Part shown: positions 52,828 through 60,657 of the stretch, one piece after another
Numbering within the stretch: the first letter of the stretch is position 1
How the letters are laid out: the number at the start of each line of letters is the position of its first letter
Assembly (NCBI GenBank): GCA_035559675.1
Contig: DATMAZ010000224.1
Coordinates: 670-64,669, forward strand
DNA length: 64,000 nucleotides
From: Candidatus Limnocylindria bacterium
Lineage (GTDB): Bacteria; Desulfobacterota; Binatia; DP-6
Direction of reading: 5' to 3'
Program-made: the position numbers and the translations under genes
Notes under the pieces: generated by a model
Told to the model about the DNA's origin: nothing
Databases searched by the model: none
The model's input: only the letters and a program-made list of their open reading frames with translations

Positions 52828-53403
52828 TCAGACGTCGAGCGCCTCGAACCGCCCCTGCACGTCGAGCCGCGCCGGCACGCGCGCCCGCGAGACCCGCACC
52901 TCGATCCGCCGCTCCGCGAGCCATGCGAAGCGATCGCGCACCTTGTGCATCGCGGCGTCGTCGCAATGCACGGGCAGCGTGAGCTGCAGCTGCGCCCCCG
53001 GGCCGGCGCGCAGCGTGTCCTCGCCGATCGACTCGATCGTGTAGGGCGTGAGCATTTCCGTGCGCTCAAGCGGCGCCCGGGAGGAGCCGGCTGCCGGCAC
53101 GATGCGGGCGCGCACCGACATCGCTTCGAGCGGACGACCAGGGCGCGGCGCGCGCCGGCGGCGCTGTAGCACGCGGTCGATCGTCGCCGCGGCGAGCTCG
53201 CCGTACGTCCGCACCTGCGCGAGAAGCCGGTCCGGGAGCGTGACGTCCCACGCTTCCTCGATGGCGACGGCCAGCTCGACCAGGTCGAGCGAGTCGACCG
53301 CCAGGTCGTCGCGTAGCGACACGTTGCGCTCGAGCTCGTGCTCGCCAATGCCGAGCCGCTCGGCCACCAGCGCCCGCAGCCGCCGCTCCACCTGCTCACC
53401 CAT
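52828..53403 (-). CDS. Acyl-carrier-protein domain fused to a C-terminal domain of unknown function
   Basis: N-terminal about 75 aa is ACP-like with the phosphopantetheine Ser in LAVDSLDLVELAVAIEE. About 115 further residues have no assigned domain. Confidence 0.55.
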   Translation of the reverse strand: MGEQVERRLRALVAERLGIGEHELERNVSLRDDLAVDSLDLVELAVAIEEAWDVTLPDRLLAQVRTYGELAAATIDRVLQRRRRAPRPGRPLEAMSVRARIVPAAGSSRAPLERTEMLTPYTIESIGEDTLRAGPGAQLQLTLPVHCDDAAMHKVRDRFAWLAERRIEVRVSRARVPARLDVQGRFEALDV

Positions 53404-53755
53404 CGCTCGTCTCCGGCCCCGTGCCGAGGCGCAGCCCGCACACCCGCAGCCGCACCGCCCGGTCCACCTTGCTGTCCACCGGCTCGCCGGCCCACTGCTC
53501 GGTGCCGCGCAGGCGCTCGCGCAGCGCGCGCTGCGAGACCCGCGGCCGTCGCAACCGCTCGTCGACCGGGGCGACGGCACCGTCGAGCCGGATCAACTGC
53601 GTACCCGGGCGCCACGGCCCGCCGAGCGGTGCCAGCGTGAGGATCTGGATCATCTCACCGCCCTGAATCGCCACCCGATCCACCGCGTCGACCCGGCACA
53701 CCACGCGCCGAGGCAGGTCTACCGGGAAGACGTAATCGCCGACGTCGTACAGCAT
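53396..53755 (-). CDS. Hypothetical protein
   Basis: ORF overlapping the downstream ACP-fusion start; GC3 bias; start uncertain. Confidence 0.35.
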   Translation of the reverse strand: MLYDVGDYVFPVDLPRRVVCRVDAVDRVAIQGGEMIQILTLAPLGGPWRPGTQLIRLDGAVAPVDERLRRPRVSQRALRERLRGTEQWAGEPVDSKVDRAVRLRVCGLRLGTGPETSDG

Positions 53756-54041
53756 CGCGGTCTCGTGCCCACCTTGCACGGGCCGTGCCGCCCGGTCGGG
53801 GGCCCATGCGGCGTGCTCGGGCAGGTGGCCGTGTCACGGGGCCACCACATCGCCGGCCGCGCGCTCGACGAAACGCCACGCCGAATCGCTACGATTCGCG
53901 GGACGATCCGCCGAGCGTCATGCGTGTGCCCGCACCGCCACGTTCACGACTCCCGGCCCGCGGGGAGGCGAACCGCCCCCGCCCGCGCCGCGGCGGCGCG
54001 CCGGCGTCGCTCCACGTTCACGCTTGTCCGGCCGGTGACGC

Positions 54042-54800
54042 TCAGCCGGCCATGGTGAGGCCGCCGGAGACGCTCAGCACCTGCCCGGTCACGTACTCCG
54101 CTCCGTCAGATGCGAAGTACGCGACCGCCGCCGCCACGTCCTCCGGCTGGCCGAAGCGTCCGAGGGGAATCGCCCGCCGCACCGCGTCCATGATCTTGGC
54201 GCCGCGAGCCGAGCCGCGCACCTGGTCGAGCAACGCGGTCTCGGTCGGTCCCGGGCAGATCGCATTCACGGTGATGCCCTGGCGCGCCACCTCGCGCGCC
54301 AGCGACTTGGTGAAGCCGATGAGCCCGGCCTTGCAGGCGGCATAGACCGTCTCGCCCATGCTGCCCACGCGCCCGGCGTCGGAGGACACGTTGACGATGC
54401 GGCCGCCGCGGCGCGCCGTCATGCCGTCGAGCACGGCACGCGTGACGCTGAACGCCCCGCGGAGGTTGATGGCGATGAGCCGGTCCCAGAGCGCCGGCTC
54501 GTTCTCCATGAAGGGCTCGAGGCGGTCCCAGCCGGCGTTGTTCACCAGCACCCACAGGGGTGGCAGCCGGGCCTCCACCTCCAGCACCGCCGTCGCCACC
54601 CCCGCCTGATCGGTCACGTCGAGCGGGAACGCGGCGGCCTCGCCCCCGGCGGCCCGGATGGCCGCCGCCGTACGTTCGGCCTCGGCGCCGTCGCGGTCGG
54701 TGACCGCTACCGCCAGGCCCGAGTCGGCGAGCGCCCGCGCCACGGCGGCGCCGATGCCGCGCGCGGCCCCGGTGACCAGCGCCGAGCGGGCCGCCGCCAT
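54042..54800 (-). CDS. SDR-family 3-oxoacyl/3-hydroxyacyl reductase (FabG-like)
   Basis: TGAARGIG, NNAG, catalytic Y-x3-K (YAACK). Confidence 0.8.
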   Translation of the reverse strand: MAAARSALVTGAARGIGAAVARALADSGLAVAVTDRDGAEAERTAAAIRAAGGEAAAFPLDVTDQAGVATAVLEVEARLPPLWVLVNNAGWDRLEPFMENEPALWDRLIAINLRGAFSVTRAVLDGMTARRGGRIVNVSSDAGRVGSMGETVYAACKAGLIGFTKSLAREVARQGITVNAICPGPTETALLDQVRGSARGAKIMDAVRRAIPLGRFGQPEDVAAAVAYFASDGAEYVTGQVLSVSGGLTMAG

Positions 54801-54802
54801 GC

Positions 54803-55234
54803 TCAGCGACGTCCCGGCAGCGCCGCGGTGAACGTGCCGGTGACGGCCGTCTCGCCGGTCTGGCGGGTGGCCACGAGCTCGCCGTCGATGCGCCGCTCGC
54901 CGTCGGCCTCGTACTTCCTCGTCACCCGGCCGGTGCACGTGATGCGGTCGCCCGGCCAGACGCGCGTCGCGAAGCGGACCTTGTAGCGCCGGAGGTTCTC
55001 CACGCCGACGGCGTCGGTGAGGCACTTGGCGAGCAACCCGGCGGTCAGCATGCCGTGCCCGAACACCGTGGGGTTTCCCGCCGCCTTGGCGAACTCCTCG
55101 TCGTGATGGATCGGGTTGAAGTCCCCCGAGGCGCCCGCGTAGCGCACGAGATCGGTACGCGTGAGCTTCTCTACCACGAACGGCGGCAGCTCGGTGCCCT
55201 CCTGCACGTCGTCGAAGGCCCAGGCCATGGTCAC
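54803..55234 (-). CDS. MaoC-like (R)-specific enoyl-CoA hydratase hotdog domain
   Basis: MaoC dehydratase signature ...GDFNPIHHDEEFAKAAG... Confidence 0.75.
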   Translation of the reverse strand: MTMAWAFDDVQEGTELPPFVVEKLTRTDLVRYAGASGDFNPIHHDEEFAKAAGNPTVFGHGMLTAGLLAKCLTDAVGVENLRRYKVRFATRVWPGDRITCTGRVTRKYEADGERRIDGELVATRQTGETAVTGTFTAALPGRR

Positions 55235-55677
55235 TCCTTCACCGCGTCGGCGGTCTCGATGAGGGTGTTCCGCATGTAGGCCACCACCTCGCCGCGCTGG
55301 TTCCTGAACTCCGTCTCGCCCAGCACGAAGGTCATCGTGCCGCCGCGCTTGCCCTGCTTCTCGAACACGTCCTTCGTGCGGGAGCGAAAGGTGAGGACGT
55401 CACCGGCGCGAATGGGCCGCAGGTATTCGAACTCCTGCTCGCCGTGCAGCAGCCGGCGGTAATCGAGCTTCATGCCCTGGCGCGTCTCGCCCAGGCTTCC
55501 CACCCAATGCGCGATGGTCATGAGGAAGGTGGGCGGCGCGGGCGGCGCGTCGCCGGTCGTGAAGACCGGGTTGTCGTCCTTCACGGCGCGCGCGAACTCC
55601 ATGATTTTGCCGCGCTCCACGCAGAGCCGCCCTTCTGGCCCCCATTGTCCGATGACGCTGCGGTCGATCTCCGCCAT
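55231..55677 (-). CDS. MaoC N-terminal-like hotdog domain protein (partner subunit)
   Basis: Hotdog fold without the catalytic HxxxD motif; 4-nt overlap with the downstream MaoC gene; ChsH1/ChsH2-like pair arrangement. Confidence 0.6.
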   Translation of the reverse strand: MAEIDRSVIGQWGPEGRLCVERGKIMEFARAVKDDNPVFTTGDAPPAPPTFLMTIAHWVGSLGETRQGMKLDYRRLLHGEQEFEYLRPIRAGDVLTFRSRTKDVFEKQGKRGGTMTFVLGETEFRNQRGEVVAYMRNTLIETADAVKE

Positions 55678-55688
55678 GCGGCTCGCCC

Positions 55689-56825
55689 TCAGAGGTTGAT
55701 CAGCTGCGCCACCAGCTCGCGGTTCCAGGTGGCGTCGCCGAAGGTGACTTCCGAACTCTTCGCCCGCTTGAAGTACAGATGCATGTCGTGCTCCCAGGTG
55801 AAGCCGATGCCGCCGTGGATCTGGATGCCCTCGCCGGCGGTGTGGCGGTACGCGTCCGAGCAGTACGCCTTCGCCATGGCGGCCGCGAGCGGCGCCTCGG
55901 CGACGTCGTTCGCCACCGCCCAGCCGGCGTAGTACGTGATCGACTTCGAGCTCTCCACCTCGACCAGCATGTTGGCGCACTTGTGCTGGATCGCCTGGAA
56001 GCTGCCGATGGGCCGGCCGAACTGTTCGCGCACCTTGGCGTACTCGACCGACATGTCGAGGACGCGTTGCGCGCCCCCGCACATCTCGGCGCAGAGCGCC
56101 ACCTTGGCGCGATCGACGACGCGCTCGAGGAGCCGCCAGCCATCACCCACGGCGCCCAGCACGCGCTCGGCGCCCACCGCCACGTTGTCGAGCCGCACCT
56201 CGGCCAGCTTGCGCGTCTGGTCCATGGTCTTGAGCAGGGTGGTCGTGACGCCGGGCGCGGTGCGGTCCACGAGGAAGAGCCCGATGCCGTCGCGGCCGGT
56301 CGAGCCGGGCTCGCGGCCCGCCACGACCAGCAGGTCGGCCGTGTGGCCGTCCGGCACGAAGAGCTTCGTTCCGGAGAGGCGATAGCCCGCGCCGTCGCGC
56401 TTCGATTCGAGCGCGATGCCGTCGGCGTCCCAGCGCCCGGACGGCTCGAGCTGCGCCACGGTGGCGATCCGTTTGCCCGCCGCGATCGCCGGGAGCCATT
56501 CCTGCTTCTGCGCGTCGCTGCCGCCTTCGAGGAGCGCCACGGCGCCGAGCGCCACCGTGGAGAAGAACGGCCCAGGTGTGACGAGCCGGCCCATCTCCTC
56601 GAGCACCACCACCAGGTCGACGAACGTGAGCCCGCTGCCGCCGTACTGCTCCGGGAGGATGAGCCCCATCCATCCGAGCTCGGCCATCTGCCGCCAGACG
56701 GCATCCGTGAAGCCGCGGTCGTCGTCCATCATCTTCCGGACGTAGGGAATGTCGCATTCCTTCGTGAGGAAATCGCGCGCGGCGCTGCGGAGCATCTCCT
56801 GCTCTTCGCTGAAGCCAAAATCCAT
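55689..56825 (-). CDS. Acyl-CoA dehydrogenase
   Basis: ACAD N, middle and C-terminal domains; the catalytic Glu is in YAGWAVANDVAEAPL... (the G367 site discussed in the hunt); FAD-binding. Confidence 0.8.
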   Translation of the reverse strand: MDFGFSEEQEMLRSAARDFLTKECDIPYVRKMMDDDRGFTDAVWRQMAELGWMGLILPEQYGGSGLTFVDLVVVLEEMGRLVTPGPFFSTVALGAVALLEGGSDAQKQEWLPAIAAGKRIATVAQLEPSGRWDADGIALESKRDGAGYRLSGTKLFVPDGHTADLLVVAGREPGSTGRDGIGLFLVDRTAPGVTTTLLKTMDQTRKLAEVRLDNVAVGAERVLGAVGDGWRLLERVVDRAKVALCAEMCGGAQRVLDMSVEYAKVREQFGRPIGSFQAIQHKCANMLVEVESSKSITYYAGWAVANDVAEAPLAAAMAKAYCSDAYRHTAGEGIQIHGGIGFTWEHDMHLYFKRAKSSEVTFGDATWNRELVAQLINL

Positions 56826-56874
56826 GGTCTCGGTCGAGTACCAGAATTCCTTCAGGGGTGCCAAGAACGACCCG

Positions 56875-57477
56875 TCACCCCGCTCCAACCGCGCGTCCAC
56901 CACGTGCGCCCGTCGCCGCGACGGGGCCGTCGCCCGAGGGCTCGGACGACGAGCGCCGCACCTCGTCGAGGATGAGCGACGCGTAGTACTCGAGGTTGCG
57001 CCCGATCAGGACGGGATCGGGCGCGTCGCCGACGCGTGCATAGACGGCCGTGCCGCTGGCGTTGCTGGCACCGACGACCAGCGCAAGCTCGCGCCCGTGG
57101 GCGTCGCTCACGTAGACGCGCAGCGCCCCGTCGTCGAAGCCGAACGCACGCTCGTCGGCGTCGCCGGCAGGCACGCGCTCGATCTCCTCCAGGGCCGTCA
57201 GCGCCTCGACGAACGCCTGCACCAGGCCCGCGGGCACCTGGCCCCCGGGCGGCTGCTCCACGGTCCACTGCTCGCCGTAGCGCCGCAGCGCCACGGCCGC
57301 ACCATCGCGCTCCATGCGGACGCCCACGACCTCGTTGGTGGGCAGCTCGGCCAGCAGCCGGCGCCGTTCGGGTCGCTCGGCCGGCGGGACGGTCGGGCGG
57401 CGGCGATCGACGAGCCAGTACTGGGCGGCGAGCCCGCTCGCCACCAGCCAGAGCACGATCACCTGCCGCCAGCGCAT
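56875..57477 (-). CDS. DUF4340-like membrane-anchored protein (accessory to the GldG-type ABC system)
   Basis: N-terminal TM anchor; position immediately downstream of gldG-like; family assignment tentative. Confidence 0.4.
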   Translation of the reverse strand: MRWRQVIVLWLVASGLAAQYWLVDRRRPTVPPAERPERRRLLAELPTNEVVGVRMERDGAAVALRRYGEQWTVEQPPGGQVPAGLVQAFVEALTALEEIERVPAGDADERAFGFDDGALRVYVSDAHGRELALVVGASNASGTAVYARVGDAPDPVLIGRNLEYYASLILDEVRRSSSEPSGDGPVAATGARGGRAVGAG

Positions 57478-57478
57478 T

Positions 57479-58861
57479 TCAGCCCCACCGCCGCCGCGCC
57501 GCGAGCACCAGCCCGACGACCAGGAAGACGGCTGGCTGCAGAATGACCGTCTGCCAAAAGATCCGGTCGCCCTGCTCGTCGGTGACGTAGAACTGGTTCA
57601 CGCCGGGGATGGCGCGTTCCGGCCGGTGCGTCATCGCCGCCTCGTCCTCGCTCACCCAGGCAATCGCGTTCAGCACCAGGTCCTTGTTCCCGAGGTAGTC
57701 GAGGAAGAAGTTGTTCGCAAAGTCCGAGTCGCCGAGCACCACGAGCCGCCCCCGTCGCTCAAGCATGCCGGGCTCGCGGAGACCCGGAAACGTCACCGCC
57801 ACGCCCACCGGAACCGGCCCGCGTTGATCGCGACCCTCGACGAACGTGGCGCTTCCCTGGCGGAGCGCGCTCGTGTCGGGCGTGCTCCAGCTCTCCCGGC
57901 TGGTGAACAGGAAGGGCTCCGCCACGATCGTCCCGGCCTCCTCCGGCGTGCCCGTTCGCACCGGCCGGACCCGCGAGAACAGCGGGTCGGCGGTTAGCGG
58001 CGCCACGATCGGATGGCTGCGCTCGCCGGTGACGAGCCGCATGGTCAACCACTCGCCGCCGTGGAGACGGCCGCTCGGATCGACCACGATCTCCTCGTCG
58101 AGCGCCACCTGGTAGCGCGAGAGCGAGCGCGCCAGCTCCGGCGCCTTCAGCGGATCCAGCATGATCAAGGCGCGGCCCGGCTGTTGCAGGTAGCCGTTCA
58201 GCACCGCCAGCTCCTCGGGGAGAAAGTCCTGCTTGGGGCCGGCAATCACCACGGCATCCGTATCGTCCGGAATCCCCGCCGTGCCGAGCGTCGTCGGACG
58301 CACGACGTACTGCTCCTCGCCGAGCACGCGGCGCAACCGCGCGAACCCCGTCTGCCGCTCGGTGCTCTCGATGTCGCCCTCCCCGTGACCGACCACCCAC
58401 GCCAGCCGCCGCGGCGTCGGCCGCGTGACCGCCAGCAGCCCGGCCAGCAACGAGTCCTCCGTGGGATTCGACACGAGGCGGCGCCGCCCGCCCGCCTCGA
58501 GCACCACGCCCACGCCGTAGACCTCGTACTCGCGTGCCAGCGCCGGCGCACGATTGAGGTCGAGCATCTCGACCTCGATGCGCGGCGTCACCGCCGTCAC
58601 CTGGGTCAGGAGATCGCGGATGGGCACGTTGCGCGGGTCCATCGAGCGAAGGAACGCCAGGGCTCGCACGTCGACGTCGAGATCGCGCAGCACCTCGCGG
58701 GCACGCGGCGAGAGCGTGTAGCGCCGTTCGGGCGTGAGGTCGGCCCGCCAGCCGCGCGCGTCCAGCACCAACTGGCCGAAGATGAAGATCCCGACCAGCG
58801 CGGGAAGCGCCGCGGCGAGCCGCACCCACTGCGCGCCGGCGGTCAGCGGCGGCCGCGCCAC
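57479..58861 (-). CDS. GldG-like ABC-type transport auxiliary component
   Basis: N- and C-terminal TM anchors around a large periplasmic domain typical of the GldG family. GTG start overlaps the permease stop. Confidence 0.65.
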   Translation of the reverse strand: MARPPLTAGAQWVRLAAALPALVGIFIFGQLVLDARGWRADLTPERRYTLSPRAREVLRDLDVDVRALAFLRSMDPRNVPIRDLLTQVTAVTPRIEVEMLDLNRAPALAREYEVYGVGVVLEAGGRRRLVSNPTEDSLLAGLLAVTRPTPRRLAWVVGHGEGDIESTERQTGFARLRRVLGEEQYVVRPTTLGTAGIPDDTDAVVIAGPKQDFLPEELAVLNGYLQQPGRALIMLDPLKAPELARSLSRYQVALDEEIVVDPSGRLHGGEWLTMRLVTGERSHPIVAPLTADPLFSRVRPVRTGTPEEAGTIVAEPFLFTSRESWSTPDTSALRQGSATFVEGRDQRGPVPVGVAVTFPGLREPGMLERRGRLVVLGDSDFANNFFLDYLGNKDLVLNAIAWVSEDEAAMTHRPERAIPGVNQFYVTDEQGDRIFWQTVILQPAVFLVVGLVLAARRRWG

Positions 58862-59589
58862 TGTCGCGCCTCCAGCACGCGCAGCGTGCCCCACCAGAAG
58901 CCCGCGGTGAGCGCGAGGAAGTAGAACACGTCGCGCACCTCGATGACCCCCACCGAGAACGACTGAAAGTGATCGAACAGGGACAGCGCTCGCAGGATGG
59001 TCACCGTGTCGGCGCCGACCGCCGCCTCGTTCCACGACAGGAGCCAGAGAAGAAAGAGCGGCATCACCGTGAGGAAGCCGGCGAGCACCTGGCTCGAGGT
59101 GAGCGACGACACGAAGAGCCCGTAGGCGATGCAGGTCGAGGAGAGGAGCAGCAGCCCGAGATACCCGGCGGCGATCGGGGGCAGCGCGAAGGGCTGCACC
59201 GCGTAGATGAGCGCGGGATACGTCGTCGTGGCGGCGAGCAACGCGCCCACCGCCACGAGGCAGGCCACGAACTTGGCGGCCACCACCGCCTGGTCGCTCA
59301 GCGGGTAGGTGAGCAGCAGCTCGAGCGTCCCGAGCCGGCGCTCCTCGGCGAGAAGCCCCATCGTGAGCAGCGGAATCGACAGGATGAGCACGAGGCGCAC
59401 GTCGAAGAAGACCAGCTGCCACAGGTTCTCCATGATGTTCATGCCGAACCCGAAGGTGAGGAAGTAGACGAGGTCGGAGTGCAGGTAGAAGCCCGTGTAG
59501 GCGAGGAACGCCGCCGCCACGAGGTACCAGAGCGGTCCCCCGAAGTAGACACGCAGCTCCTTGCGCAGTAGCGCGACGAACGGCGTCAT
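58843..59589 (-). CDS. ABC-2 type transporter permease (GldF-like)
   Basis: Six TM helices; ABC-2 family pattern. Confidence 0.75.
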   Translation of the reverse strand: MTPFVALLRKELRVYFGGPLWYLVAAAFLAYTGFYLHSDLVYFLTFGFGMNIMENLWQLVFFDVRLVLILSIPLLTMGLLAEERRLGTLELLLTYPLSDQAVVAAKFVACLVAVGALLAATTTYPALIYAVQPFALPPIAAGYLGLLLLSSTCIAYGLFVSSLTSSQVLAGFLTVMPLFLLWLLSWNEAAVGADTVTILRALSLFDHFQSFSVGVIEVRDVFYFLALTAGFWWGTLRVLEARQWRGRR

Positions 59590-59590
59590 C

Positions 59591-60544
59591 CTAGCCCACC
59601 AACCGCACGAACAGGTCCTCCAGCGTCGGCTCCTCCGCGCGGATTTCGAGCAGGGTCCAGCCGCGTGCCACCACCAGGCTCGCGAGCCGGGCCTGCACGT
59701 CGCGGGCGTCGCTCGTGCGCACCACCCAGGTGCGCCCCGCCCCCGCCGCCTCGGGTCTCGACTCGACGGCGCTCACGCCGGCAAGCTCGGCGAGCGCGGC
59801 CCGCACGTCTTCTGGCGGTCCGTCGATGCGGACGACCACGCTGTTCGTCCACCCGAGGCGGCGGGCGAGCCCCTCCGGGGTGTCGTCGGCCACCAGCCGG
59901 CCCTCCTTCAGCACGATCACCCGCCGGCAGAGCTGGCTCGCCTCGGCGAGCAGATGGGTCGACAGCAGCACGGTGCAGCGGGCGAGCGACTTGAGCAGCG
60001 CTCGCATCTCGACCGTCTGCATGGGATCGAGCCCGACGGTCGGCTCGTCGAGCACCAGCACGTCGGGGTCGCCGAGCAGCGCCTGCGCGAGCCCCACGCG
60101 CTGGCGGTAGCCCTTCGACAGCGTCCCGGCAAATCGGCTCGCCATGGGGCCGAGCCCGCAGGCCTCGATCACGTGCTCGACGGCCGCGCGCGCGGCCGTG
60201 CCGCTGAGGCCCTTCGCGCCGGCGACGAAGCGCAGGTAGCGGCGGACGGTGAGCTCCGGGTAGAGCATCACCTGCTCGGGGAGGTAGCCGATGCGCGAGC
60301 GCTCGCGCACCGGGTGCATGGTCACGTCCCGGCCGTCGAGCAACACGCGGCCGCTGGTCGGCGAGAAGAAGCCGATGAGGCAGCGCATGAGCGTGCTCTT
60401 CCCGGACCCGTTGGGTCCGAGCAGCGCCGCCACCTCGCCGCGGCCCACCCCGAACGACACGTCCGAGACGGCCCGCGTCGCGCCGTAGAACTTCGTGAGC
60501 TGTTCGACCGCGATCAGCGGCGCGTCAGTGCCCGGACTGCCCAC
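59591..60544 (-). CDS. ABC transporter ATP-binding protein (GldA-like)
   Basis: Walker A GPNGSGKST, signature LSKGYRQRV, Walker B VLVLDEP. Confidence 0.85.
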   Translation of the reverse strand: MGSPGTDAPLIAVEQLTKFYGATRAVSDVSFGVGRGEVAALLGPNGSGKSTLMRCLIGFFSPTSGRVLLDGRDVTMHPVRERSRIGYLPEQVMLYPELTVRRYLRFVAGAKGLSGTAARAAVEHVIEACGLGPMASRFAGTLSKGYRQRVGLAQALLGDPDVLVLDEPTVGLDPMQTVEMRALLKSLARCTVLLSTHLLAEASQLCRRVIVLKEGRLVADDTPEGLARRLGWTNSVVVRIDGPPEDVRAALAELAGVSAVESRPEAAGAGRTWVVRTSDARDVQARLASLVVARGWTLLEIRAEEPTLEDLFVRLVG

Positions 60545-60647
60545 CCTGCTCTCTTCGCCGCCGCCGCCGCGCGTGGATGACCTCGTCCACCGCGATCAAG
60601 AGGAAGCTGAAGCCGAGGCAGATGCCGACCGATTCCCAGAGTCCCAT
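60525..60647 (-). CDS. Possible 40-aa small membrane peptide
   Basis: ATG 60647 with a GAGGAG RBS 6 nt upstream; one hydrophobic helix then an Arg-rich tail; overlaps the ATPase start by 20 nt. Confidence 0.3.
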   Translation of the reverse strand: MGLWESVGICLGFSFLLIAVDEVIHARRRRRREQGGQSGH

Positions 60648-60657
60648 GACGTGCTCC

